Assembly (NCBI GenBank): GCA_963838705.1
Contig: CAWIRU010000009.1
Coordinates: forward strand, 737,921-801,920
Length of the DNA: 64,000 bases
Reading direction: 5' to 3'
Source: an uncultured Acidobacteriota bacterium
GTDB lineage: Bacteria > Acidobacteriota > Terriglobia > Acidiferrales > UBA7541
Part shown: piece after piece, positions 1 to 8,844 of the stretch
How the letters are laid out: every line of letters starts with the position of its first letter
How positions within the stretch are numbered: the first letter of the stretch is position 1
Notes under the pieces: generated by a model
What the model saw: the letters and a program-made list of their open reading frames with translations, nothing else
What the model was told of the DNA's origin: nothing
Database searches by the model: none
Translations under genes and position numbers: made by a program

Positions 1-269
1 TCCGCTATTCGGGCCAATCGCTCGTCAGTCAAGAATTAGAAGACGCGACATTCCGAAGCGTTGCCCCGCGTACGCGAGCTGCCCGGACACTGGCGCACAG
101 ACAACAATTGCAAAAGGCGCTAGTGTGGGCAATTTCGCGATGCTCGTGCCCACAGGACGTGTGGCTTGAAAAACCGAAAAATGACGCTGTAAAATCGTAG
201 TGAAGTCCTACCTTATTTCAGCCCGTCCGGGCACCCCAAGCTGTATACAGTTTTAAAAGCCAAAAAAAT

Positions 270-307
270 AGTGACGAGTGACAAGTGCCGAGTGACGAGC
301 GGGTGCC
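270..307. repeat. Four direct heptamer repeats (GTGACGA GTGACAA GTGCCGA GTGACGA) about 100 bp upstream of the MarR gene. A near-identical copy lies in reverse orientation at 38697-38732.
   Basis: Read directly: agtgacgagtgacaagtgccgagtgacgagc at 270-300. The reverse complement of 38697-38732 is agtgacgagtgacaagtgacgagtgacgagc. Confidence 0.6.
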
Positions 308-403
308 AGGAGGCACTTTGAGGCTTCCTTCGGGGCTCACGTTCCGCCGGCGGCGGCCCGGGGACGCGAGCTGCAGAGGCCCGGAAATGAGAGGGAGGGT
401 GAG

Positions 404-1057
404 ATGAGCTACAAAATGGTGAGGATACTTGAGGGGCGGGCGATGCGATTTGACTCGCGGGGCGGCGAAGAAGGCATCCCGCGCCAGCGGAGGGACGTGC
501 GCGGGAAGACGTTGCGCGCCTATAGCGCCTACAGCGAACTCAGAGACACGGCGAACTGGATGCGCGAGGAATTGACCGCGCAGCTCAATAATTTCGATCT
601 GTCAATGTGGGAGTTCCGGGTGCTCGATGCGCTGCGCCGCGGTCCGAAGTGCCTCGAAGAGATCAGCCGGGAGATGCAATGCCAGAAGGGGAACGTCGGG
701 AAGGTGGTGCGGAGGCTGGAGGCATGGGGCTGGGTGCGGCGCATGCGGCGAAGATGGGCGCCGGCGAGGGGCGCGAGATCGAGCCGCGCGAGCAAACGAT
801 CGAGAAGCAGCGAGCCGCTGGATCGGCGAATCATTCGCCGGACGTTGACGCCGGACGGAAGAGCGGAACTCAAAAGAATTCATCCCAAGCATGTGAAGCT
901 GGTGAAGGCGTACATGCGCGCGCTCGATGGGCGCGAGCAACTGACGCTCACGCGGCTGTGCATCAAGCTGCGCCGGGGAAACATAGTGAGATTTGCGATG
1001 GAGGCCAAATGCTGGGAGCGCGACGAGAATTGGGCGGAAGGGGTGGGACAGAGGTGA
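404..1057 (+). CDS. MarR-family winged-helix transcriptional regulator with an Arg/Ser-rich insertion of about 26 aa in the wing
   Basis: A GAGGGAGGGTGAG ribosome-binding site lies immediately upstream of the ATG at 404. MarR-like motifs: LSMWEFRVLDALRRGPKCLEEISREM...GNVGKVVRRLEAWGWVRR...DRRIIRRTLTPDGRAEL. Confidence 0.7.
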   Translation: MSYKMVRILEGRAMRFDSRGGEEGIPRQRRDVRGKTLRAYSAYSELRDTANWMREELTAQLNNFDLSMWEFRVLDALRRGPKCLEEISREMQCQKGNVGKVVRRLEAWGWVRRMRRRWAPARGARSSRASKRSRSSEPLDRRIIRRTLTPDGRAELKRIHPKHVKLVKAYMRALDGREQLTLTRLCIKLRRGNIVRFAMEAKCWERDENWAEGVGQR

Positions 1058-1090
1058 GGGACGCGATCCTGGAAGCGTGAGCCGATGTGC

Positions 1091-2278
1091 CTAAGAATCC
1101 AAGCCTAAGATAGTGCGCCATTCGCCGGAGTCGAAATTTCTAAACGAGTCGTCTCGAGACGCGCGCGGCAGAAGCCAGCGCTCGCGCCATTGCTGAACTA
1201 CCTGCTTGAGCGGCCGGTGGTACCATCTAAGTCTTGAAGCTCGTCCGTTTAGGAACGCGGCAGTGTTCGCGGCGAGCGGTGCCACGTAGACTCCTCTGCG
1301 CACACCGTGGCGGAGCAAATCGGCGGGCAAGCGAAGGCGTTCCAGGGTTTTTCGAACGACTCGGATTCTGTAGTTAGGGCCGCTGCCAAAGTTGTACCGT
1401 CGTGTTTCGCGATCCCCGCACGAGTTCAGATAATCGCGGATTTTGACAAATGTCCCATTCGCAAGATGGAAATGCCCATATCCTTCGGTGAAGCCAAGCG
1501 GTTGGAAAATGTTGACCCCATCAAACTTGAGCCGGTTTAAGACCGACGAACTGCCAAGGGCGCTCGTCGTCGTCACCAAGGCAAGCCGCCCGTCAAATTT
1601 TCGGCGGAGAATGATCGATCTTCCCTCCTTATAGCGAAGCGCAAAAACCCGCCGGGTAAAATCACTCGCAGCAAGGAGCGCGATAAATTTGGCCCCGAGG
1701 AGCTGATTGTATGGGGGGACAGCGCCGAGAACGTATGCGTCCATCACGTGGGCCAGCATGCGTTCTCTTTCGCGGACGCCCCAACCGATCCAGGAATCCC
1801 GGGTTCGCAGGTTGAAAACTGGATCTGCAAGGGCAAGAAGGCCGAAGAGTTTGCCATTCGACCGATCGAACACCAAGATGCGGAAGCGACGGCCGTATCC
1901 TTTTGAAACGGGAACACTCCACCAAAGGCAGGCGATACGAAACAGAGCTGAAAACTCCTCGTTATCGTCGACGACAACTGGGTACGGGTTCACACGCGAC
2001 GGGTCGACGTCCGATCCGGATGCAAAGTATTTGGATACTTTCGGGAACCAGTGACTGACAAATTTCTTCTCGTCGTCGAGTCGGTCTTGCCGAAAATGGG
2101 AGTGTATTTTGCGAATTCGAGCTTTGCTGCGTCCCGATGGGTTTAGCTGGTAGTCCTGTCCGAGTCCGAAACCTTGTTTTCGAAGCAGTCGCAACAGCTG
2201 GCGCCGCAGTTTCTTCCCAGCCGGTGGGAGATCGGCGCAGGAGTATCGATGTGATAGATGGGGTCGCGCCGTCGTCAT
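1091..2278 (-). CDS. Hypothetical 395-aa protein. It is the last gene of the NurA-HerA cassette, and its start overlaps the HerA stop by 4 nt. No family recognised by eye.
   Basis: A long ORF in a region of lower GC than its surroundings. The ATGA overlap at 2275-2278 with the upstream HerA gene implies co-translation. No motifs I can assign; whether it belongs to a defence-associated DUF family needs an HMM search. Confidence 0.55.
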   Translation of the reverse strand: MTTARPHLSHRYSCADLPPAGKKLRRQLLRLLRKQGFGLGQDYQLNPSGRSKARIRKIHSHFRQDRLDDEKKFVSHWFPKVSKYFASGSDVDPSRVNPYPVVVDDNEEFSALFRIACLWWSVPVSKGYGRRFRILVFDRSNGKLFGLLALADPVFNLRTRDSWIGWGVRERERMLAHVMDAYVLGAVPPYNQLLGAKFIALLAASDFTRRVFALRYKEGRSIILRRKFDGRLALVTTTSALGSSSVLNRLKFDGVNIFQPLGFTEGYGHFHLANGTFVKIRDYLNSCGDRETRRYNFGSGPNYRIRVVRKTLERLRLPADLLRHGVRRGVYVAPLAANTAAFLNGRASRLRWYHRPLKQVVQQWRERWLLPRASRDDSFRNFDSGEWRTILGLDS

Positions 2279-3921
2279 TTCTTATAGAGTTTGTTCGCTA
2301 CGAATTTGTCAAACTCGACCACCCTGACAGGGATCACGAAAGGGTGGGAGGACGTCACAAAATACAGATTGCCTGGTATCGTTTCCCTTTGGATGAAAGC
2401 GCTAACGACTCCGTCATAGTTGACGTTGGATCTTACCAGAGCTTTGATGTCGTCGGTGTTGCCCATGTAGAATGCGAAGAAGTTTTCTGCTTGGCTCCGG
2501 ATCTCTTCTGAGATTGCGGATGGCCTTTGGGTAATTGCTACCAGACCAATTCCGAACTTCCTGCCTTCCTTTGCGACGTGAACGAAAGGGTTGCTCGACG
2601 AACGCACCTGCTCGTCTGAGAGTACGTTTTGGGCCTCTTCAACGATCACAACGCACCGTATGATTTGGTCGTCCTGCGCTTCAGTGAAGTTTCGTTTGTT
2701 ATCCTCGAATAGCTTGCGCACGATCATGGTTGAAATTATTGACGCGTCGACCGCGTCTCGAAGCGACATGTCAATGATCACGGTCTTGCCTTCTCGCAAC
2801 GCCTTGAATGTGTCCTCTATCAGAGTGGAAGTTGACGAGTGAACGCCTCCCTCGTCGATGAAGTGACGAATCCGCTTGCGTATCGCCATAATGGTCCCGC
2901 GCGCGCTCTTGTCCTGCTTTTTATCGTCCCCTTCAGCCTTGGCACCGAAGAAATCCGGGAAATCTCTGTACAAATTCTGCGGAGAATCACAGTATGCGTC
3001 GATTTTTTTTATGAAGCCCTCGACCTGCCTGTCATCCAAGTAGAGTAGGAACGATTTCATCACCTCGGAGAACCCAGTCGAAAAGGTTAGGATGTCCCCG
3101 ACGGTCATATGTTTATGAGTATTGATCTGCACTCTGCCCATGTACGAGAATTTCGTCGACTTTGAGATTTTGCGATCGGAGTACACGACTAGGTTTTTAC
3201 GCACTTGATCGTCGTCAACGTCTCCCAAGCCAGTCGTCTGAGATGCCGTTTTCGAATAGTACTCACCGTTCAAATCGAATACGAGTTTTCCGAACGAATT
3301 ATCGTTTATCGTGTTGTAGAGCAGAACCTTCATCAGATTTGTCTTTCCAAATCCCGATTGGGCGAACACCATGGTTCTCTTTGATTTCAATCGCGAGGTA
3401 TCAAACCGGATCTCGCCTTTATCTGACTGAATCTCCTCACCAATGCAGATATTGCCTAGCGATACTCCGCTTTCGTTGCCCATGTTGAGGATGTATTTGA
3501 CCTCTGAGGGTTGGAGGTGCCTGGCGTGATAGGAGACCACCGGAAGCTTTCTCACAGCGGTGGTAAATGAGATCGAGGTCCCACGATCTTCGAAGGTACC
3601 GAGCATTTTTACTTTATACGTGTAGCTAAACATCTTCTGCTTGTCTCTGTCGGACAGCTCGCGCTCGGCGATGCGTGCATAATGTACAGCCACTAGGGTC
3701 TTATCCTGCGACCGGAACAGCGGGTCTTCGTCGTAGACTTCCGCCTCGACTCGCGCCAAGTATTTCTGACCACCCTCGTTCTTCGGGGAAAGAACTATAA
3801 AATCGCCAATTCTTGGAGACGCCTTGGCATCTTCATAGGAAGAGTAGATCAACAGGGCGTCTTCGGTCGTTTTTTGCCCGTAAAGGACTCCGAAGTCTTT
3901 GCGCTCCACAGTACGCTCCAT
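2275..3921 (-). CDS. herA: HerA/FtsK-like (DUF87) P-loop ATPase
   Basis: Walker A FAQSGFGKTNLMKVLL. Walker B-like VVIVEEAQNV. LVAITQRPSAISEEI sensor motif typical of HerA/VirB4-type ATPases. The region is AT-richer than the flanks. The stop abuts the NurA-like gene and the start overlaps the downstream gene. Confidence 0.8.
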   Translation of the reverse strand: MERTVERKDFGVLYGQKTTEDALLIYSSYEDAKASPRIGDFIVLSPKNEGGQKYLARVEAEVYDEDPLFRSQDKTLVAVHYARIAERELSDRDKQKMFSYTYKVKMLGTFEDRGTSISFTTAVRKLPVVSYHARHLQPSEVKYILNMGNESGVSLGNICIGEEIQSDKGEIRFDTSRLKSKRTMVFAQSGFGKTNLMKVLLYNTINDNSFGKLVFDLNGEYYSKTASQTTGLGDVDDDQVRKNLVVYSDRKISKSTKFSYMGRVQINTHKHMTVGDILTFSTGFSEVMKSFLLYLDDRQVEGFIKKIDAYCDSPQNLYRDFPDFFGAKAEGDDKKQDKSARGTIMAIRKRIRHFIDEGGVHSSTSTLIEDTFKALREGKTVIIDMSLRDAVDASIISTMIVRKLFEDNKRNFTEAQDDQIIRCVVIVEEAQNVLSDEQVRSSSNPFVHVAKEGRKFGIGLVAITQRPSAISEEIRSQAENFFAFYMGNTDDIKALVRSNVNYDGVVSAFIQRETIPGNLYFVTSSHPFVIPVRVVEFDKFVANKLYKK

Positions 3922-5199
3922 TCAAAATCTGGAATGTAGATCTAAGAACAGGTTCTCGATGTCTGTGTGATCCATCTGCTGCGCGGAATAAAGCGCGGCC
4001 TTGACGCGGGCGATGGCTTGCTGTTTAAAGTCGGCGGTCAGCGTAACCATGTTATGAGCTTCGACGAGTGGGTATGGATATCCTAAGATATAGTGCTCCT
4101 GGGTGGTTGACGTAAGTTCGTACATGATCTCCGCGGCAGTCTCGTAATCGCGGGCCATCACCCCGTCGGCGATACGAGGGATGCAGTCGTAGATGTTCAG
4201 ATCACAGATCAGCCAATCGTAGTTTTGCAGTTTTTCCACGTAGTCAAGTCGCGCCGCAAAAAAGAGACCGAACCCACGCCCTCCTGAAATTGCCTTTTTC
4301 GCATACATGTTGCTGCTGCTCGTCTCGTAGGCGGACTCTAAAACGTCGTCGCGGACCTCGAAATAACAGCAGAGCTTCTGACCTTTTGGATCAGTTGTTT
4401 TGAAGGGGAAGGTGGGCTTGAGCTTCGATTGAAGGTAAACGTCGATCTTTGAAAACGTGTAGGCTAGTTCAGTCTTTATCGGGCTTTGCTTAGTGACTCC
4501 GATAGCGCGAATTTGCCTGCTATGAAGAAGGTATCCCAACTTGATTAAGTACGGCTGCTTGATATGAAGGCTTCGAAGTGGCCCGTCCCGCAAAATAAAA
4601 TCGCCGGCTTCAACGTGGCAGTGCTGGACTATGTCATAGATGCTTGCCCATTCAAGTACATCTTGACAGAAACCCAACAGCGTACCGGGGTTGCGTACGA
4701 GGACTTCCTTTTTATACGCGAATACGGCGTCAGGCGTGTCATCGAACAGAGACAACAACGCAGCTGTCACAGGAAGCGCAATAAATTCGTCGTAGATATC
4801 GCTCAGATGCTTTTCATTTAGAACTAGCATTTTGTTGCCGTGGAAGACCTTCCCCAGGGTGATGGGATCGTCGCCTGGGCTCATTCGAACCTGCTTTCCA
4901 TGTTGGAAACAAACATACCCAGCTTGGTAGAAGCAGAGCTGTACGCCGTTATAAAAAGCGTGGCTATTTTGGCTTCCGTCGACGGCATAGAATTTCGGCG
5001 CCCGCGTGTCGATCTGGTCAAAGGGCATGATTTCGAAGACTTGAGGCGTCTCAAGGTTGCCCGCTACTCCCACTACGGGAATTTGGTAATCCTTATTCGT
5101 TTTCGTGTGGATTTGCGATGCGACGCCGTCGATTACGTCGTCAGGAATTTCAAATGAGGACATTTGTTTGATTCGCCTGGTGTCATCGTACATGACCAA
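3922..5199 (-). CDS. nurA: NurA-like nuclease (RNase H-like fold), partner of HerA
   Basis: NurA signature KFYAVDGSQ (motif I DGS), followed by a second acidic motif FILRDGPL. The size (425 aa) and position immediately upstream of HerA match the archaeal/bacterial NurA-HerA arrangement. The true start may be M13 at 5163. Confidence 0.65.
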   Translation of the reverse strand: MVMYDDTRRIKQMSSFEIPDDVIDGVASQIHTKTNKDYQIPVVGVAGNLETPQVFEIMPFDQIDTRAPKFYAVDGSQNSHAFYNGVQLCFYQAGYVCFQHGKQVRMSPGDDPITLGKVFHGNKMLVLNEKHLSDIYDEFIALPVTAALLSLFDDTPDAVFAYKKEVLVRNPGTLLGFCQDVLEWASIYDIVQHCHVEAGDFILRDGPLRSLHIKQPYLIKLGYLLHSRQIRAIGVTKQSPIKTELAYTFSKIDVYLQSKLKPTFPFKTTDPKGQKLCCYFEVRDDVLESAYETSSSNMYAKKAISGGRGFGLFFAARLDYVEKLQNYDWLICDLNIYDCIPRIADGVMARDYETAAEIMYELTSTTQEHYILGYPYPLVEAHNMVTLTADFKQQAIARVKAALYSAQQMDHTDIENLFLDLHSRF

Positions 5200-5264
5200 C
5201 GAGATGCGGTGCCACTTACGTGCCCAACTAGTACCTGATGCAAGAAATTGACAGCGCGTCGAGT

Positions 5265-6230
5265 CTGAGATCCGCCCCTACGGACGGACGATGAAAAAAC
5301 GCCGGCGGGACGCCAGCGCGACGAAAGAAACGGCGGAAGGAAAAGACGTGCCGGGCTTCCCGACAGGGTCGGGTCCGGTGGCAGGACTCCGATGGAGTCT
5401 ACCGGACACCCGGAACCGGAGACGCGCACAGCGCGAAAGCCCGGCGCTACATGTGGGGCGGAAATGGCGGAAGGGGCCGAAGGGCCTTACCTCGTCCCGA
5501 CAGGTTCGGGACGCCGGCAGAGGCCCAGGCGGAAGAGAGACGTGAACCACATCTGTGCGGACGGAAGAGCGGACGCCTCGTCGCCGCACCAAATCCTTAC
5601 ATGAAGCCCGTTTGATTTCCCGCCAACAGTCTGCTAGGGTGGTTGCGGAGCTATGACCGAAAGGTACATGTACGGTGCGATTAACGGGGGGAACGGAGCG
5701 GGAATGCGCTCAATTCTAACCGGGACACCAAAACAATTAGAAATCGCTGTAAACCATAGAAAACAAAACATGGAGGTCGTTTCTAACCGGGACACGAAAA
5801 GGGGGTGTTTTCGGACGTGATTAGCGGCGCGGAAATAGCGGGGCGGGGCCGGCGGACGCCCCTTCGAACGTCAGGACACGATCCCAAGAACGGCAAGAAT
5901 TGAAGAGAAAAACGCCGGCGGGACGCCAGCGCGACGAGGGACAGGGCGAGGAGAAAAACGGCGGCCCTTCGAGGCTTTCTTCGAGGCTTAGGGCAGGCGG
6001 GGTAAACGAGACCGGTGGAGAATTCGAAAGGCCGGGCGGGTCTGAGACCCGCCCCTACGACAGGACGAAAAGAAATACGCCGGCGAGACGCCAGCGCGAC
6101 GAACGGCAGGGATCGAAGAGAAAGACGCCGGCCCTTCGAGGCGAAAGGCCGGGCGTCCGCCGCGGCGGACGCCCATGCGACGGCGCGAAGAGAAATACGC
6201 CGGCGGGACGCCAGCGCGACGAAAAGGAAA
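5265..6230. repeat. Non-coding repeat-rich region containing four or more copies of a degenerate element. The core is acgccggcgggacgccagcgcgacga at about 5298, 5915, 6078 and 6198; the longer about 65-bp versions start at about 5265 and 6043. There are also short palindromes (ggcgggtctgagacccgcc) and a 15-bp direct repeat ttctaaccgggacac (x2, about 5716 and 5783) in an AT-rich stretch.
   Basis: Read directly. Spacing is irregular (about 620, 160, 120 bp), so this is not a CRISPR array. The six-frame ORFs here (KTPAGRQRDE repeated) are translation artefacts of the DNA repeat. Confidence 0.7.
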
Positions 6231-6292
6231 CGCCCGGATCGCGAACGGTTTGCGCTCGCGAGCCGGGCGGTTGAATTTGTGTTGCGCGGTTG

Positions 6293-8470
6293 TTACGGCT
6301 TGTCTTTGTCCTTTTCTTTCTCCGGCTTTTCTTTTGGTGGCTTCTTGTCGGTGGCCTTTGGCGGCTTATCCGTGGTGGTTCTTGCCGGTGGCGGCTGAGA
6401 TGCCGGCGGCTTCGACTCGGTCGAAGGCGCAGGCGGGCGATTTGGTTCGGGCTTGACCTCAGGCACCTTTGGTTCTGGCTTGACCGCCGGGGGCGTAGCT
6501 GACGGCGGGCGATTTGGTTCGGGCTTGACCTCTGGCACCTTTGGTTCTGGCTTGACCGCCGGGGGCGTAGCTGACGGCGGACGAGTTGGCGCGGGCTTGA
6601 CCTCGGGCACCGTTGGTTCTGGCTTGACCGCCGGAGGATGAGCCGCCGGCGGACGGTTGCCCGGATTTTCGTTTGGAGTCGTTGCGGCCGGCTTCGGCGG
6701 CTGATTTGGATTTGTCGCTGGAGCCGCGCCGGACGGCTGAGCCGATGGCGGACGATCCGAGCGCATGCCTGGATTTCCGGCGGCGCCGGGAGCGGGCCGC
6801 GACGGCGGCTGGGCTGGAGGCGCTGCTGCAGGCTTATTCCCCGCGGCGGGCTGGCCGGGCTTCATTCCGCCACCGGGCGCGGGTGTCGGAGGCCGCGATG
6901 TCACTGGCGGCGCGACGCGTACCGCCGCCTGCGGCGCTCTTCCTGCCGCCGGCGCGGTGGGCCGAATGGCGCTCAGTTGCGCGGGAGCGAGAGGCTTGCC
7001 TGCGTTGGCTTGTAGCGCCTTCTGCTGCGCGGCAAACGGAACCGGCGCGGGAGGCGGCGCGGTCTTCGCGACCACCGGACGCGAAATTGCCGCGGCCGGC
7101 GGTTTGGCGACCGCAGTCATTTTACCCGCTCCGAACTGGCTTCGTGGTTGCGGCGCGACGCCTGCGCCGGCGGCGGTTCCGACCGGCGCCCGCGCGAGCT
7201 CGGTCGCGTTCACTTGCACGACACTTCTGGAAATCGGTTGCGCCGAGGTGAACGCATTTTGCGACGTCGCGGTCACGTAGGTGCGATTCACGTACGTAAC
7301 GTTGGTCACGTTGGTGTGCGATTGGTAGTTGTTGTAAACGTTTGTGACGTACGTGCGCTCGACCACCGTGTTCGTGATATTTACGTTGGTGACGTAAGTG
7401 CGGCTCACGGCGTACGGCGGCATGTAAACTTCACGCGGCCCGAGCGGAAACCACGCTACGCCGAAACCCACGCCAACTCCGCCGCCGACCCACGCCACGA
7501 GCGCGGGCGAGTAAACCGGCCGGACGCCGACAACAACCGGGCCCGGAGTCCAACCCCAGTAACCACCGACCATAACCCAGCGGCCGTAATGAAATGGCGC
7601 GTAGCCCCAAGATGCATCGTCAACCCACGTCCATCCCCACGGCCCAATCCACGCCCAGTGGCCGTAGCGGTAGGGCGCCCATCCGGCGACGACTCCGTTC
7701 GGAACCCATACCTGGCCATAGTCCGGCACGTTTTGCCAGCGGCCGTTGTCGTCGAGGTCTTCGTAACCGACGACGTCTTGCGAGACGTAGCGCGGGGCGC
7801 GATCTTCGCGGACGTCGAGCGTGTTGCACCAACCGTCGAAATCATCGGTGGCGATCGCTGTGCCGATATCCGGCGTGAGTTGATCGGTGCCGACGAATGT
7901 TGCGGTCTGATTCGCGTAGATCGTGAATGCTTGTCCGCCACCGGTGACTTCGCCCTGGCCGCCGCGGACGGTGACAATCGTCGTGTCGCCGTTTTCATTT
8001 ACACCGACGCGATAGTCGCCGGGCCGCAGCAATGAGAACGCCAAATTTGGCGTGTCAATTTCAAAAGACTCATTGTCGCCAAGCGAGCGCAGGTGAACGT
8101 TGACTGTGCCTTCGTTGATGCTGATCTGCGCGATCTGATCGTCGAGATTTAGAATCGTGAACGCCGTCTGCGAGCCGAGGCGTATTCCTGCCGAGCCGAG
8201 GACCACCTCGGCGCGTGAATCCTGATCCGACCAGAGCTTGTCTCCGGTCGTGATTGGGCGATTGACGTCCGCCGCGCCCCAATCATCGGCGCCTGCGGGC
8301 TGAACGGATACAGAGCCCTCAACACTGCGCAGTCGAGCTACGCGAGCCGGAGGATCGTTATCATCGGCCGCCGCGATTTGCGGCAGGCAAACGAACAAAA
8401 GTGCTGCGACAAGAATTCCCGCGAGAATTTTCAAGAAAGGCCAGCGTGTCATAGTAGGTTTTCGCTCCAA
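6293..8470 (-). CDS. Secreted FecR-domain / DUF6600-like protein with YxWGxG-type Trp/Gly repeats and a Pro-rich tandem-repeat C-terminus
   Basis: Signal peptide MTRWPFLKILAGILVAALLFVCLPQIAAA. FecR-like beta-rich N-terminal domain. WAPYRYGHWAWIGPWGWTWV / WGYAPFHYGRWVMVGGYWGWTPGP repeats. A C-terminal PPAVKPEPKVPEVKPEPNRPPSAT unit repeated, which corresponds to an about 63-bp DNA tandem repeat x3 at about 6430-6640. Confidence 0.75.
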   Translation of the reverse strand: MERKPTMTRWPFLKILAGILVAALLFVCLPQIAAADDNDPPARVARLRSVEGSVSVQPAGADDWGAADVNRPITTGDKLWSDQDSRAEVVLGSAGIRLGSQTAFTILNLDDQIAQISINEGTVNVHLRSLGDNESFEIDTPNLAFSLLRPGDYRVGVNENGDTTIVTVRGGQGEVTGGGQAFTIYANQTATFVGTDQLTPDIGTAIATDDFDGWCNTLDVREDRAPRYVSQDVVGYEDLDDNGRWQNVPDYGQVWVPNGVVAGWAPYRYGHWAWIGPWGWTWVDDASWGYAPFHYGRWVMVGGYWGWTPGPVVVGVRPVYSPALVAWVGGGVGVGFGVAWFPLGPREVYMPPYAVSRTYVTNVNITNTVVERTYVTNVYNNYQSHTNVTNVTYVNRTYVTATSQNAFTSAQPISRSVVQVNATELARAPVGTAAGAGVAPQPRSQFGAGKMTAVAKPPAAAISRPVVAKTAPPPAPVPFAAQQKALQANAGKPLAPAQLSAIRPTAPAAGRAPQAAVRVAPPVTSRPPTPAPGGGMKPGQPAAGNKPAAAPPAQPPSRPAPGAAGNPGMRSDRPPSAQPSGAAPATNPNQPPKPAATTPNENPGNRPPAAHPPAVKPEPTVPEVKPAPTRPPSATPPAVKPEPKVPEVKPEPNRPPSATPPAVKPEPKVPEVKPEPNRPPAPSTESKPPASQPPPARTTTDKPPKATDKKPPKEKPEKEKDKDKP

Positions 8471-8844
8471 TTTGAACTGGTGGTCTCGGCCGGTTGAGCC
8501 AGCAGCGACTCGTGCGAACTGCGTTACATCCTATAACGGGTATGGCAAGAGACTCAAAGGCGTTCGAATTCGCTGCGACTCATTGTCTGGTGATTCGATG
8601 CCCCTGAAGATGCGGCGGTTGCGCGGGTTCAAACTGCGTTTTCTCGGCGCCAGATCCTTATTCAATGCGAAGCTCCGCCGTTGCCGCCGTTCGACCATAA
8701 AACCCGGTTCGGATGAAATAGTTCCATCGTAGTACGTCGGTACCATAGCCTGGACTTGCAGGCCCATTGAAAATGGGAAACGGGCGCGGGTTTTCGATTC
8801 CGATCGGCGATTTTACGTGACGCGTAGCCCTGCCCGGTATCGCT

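Noticed and set aside
5595-5900. tRNA/tmRNA or integrase-attachment site in the AT-rich stretch
   Set aside because: No cloverleaf-compatible sequence (no GTTCGAATCC-like T-arm) could be found by eye, and there is no integrase gene. Only the 15-bp direct repeat was retained as an observation.
5265-6230. Possible CRISPR array
   Set aside because: The repeats are degenerate and of unequal length, with irregular spacing (about 620, 160, 120 bp). There is no cas gene nearby.
5900-6502. Plus-strand ORFs 5900-6274, 6015-6398 and 6175-6456 with a repeated KTPAGRQRDE peptide
   Set aside because: The periodicity comes from the DNA repeat (acgccggcgggacgccagcgcgacga). There are no start or ribosome-binding signals, and the composition is extremely Arg/Gly-rich. 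They are translation artefacts of a non-coding repeat region.
8472-8844. Small ORFs 8472-8732 (+) and 8531-8767 (-) between the DUF6600 gene and the TonB-domain gene
   Set aside because: No ribosome-binding site or motif support. Treated as intergenic, though a small RNA or leader cannot be excluded.
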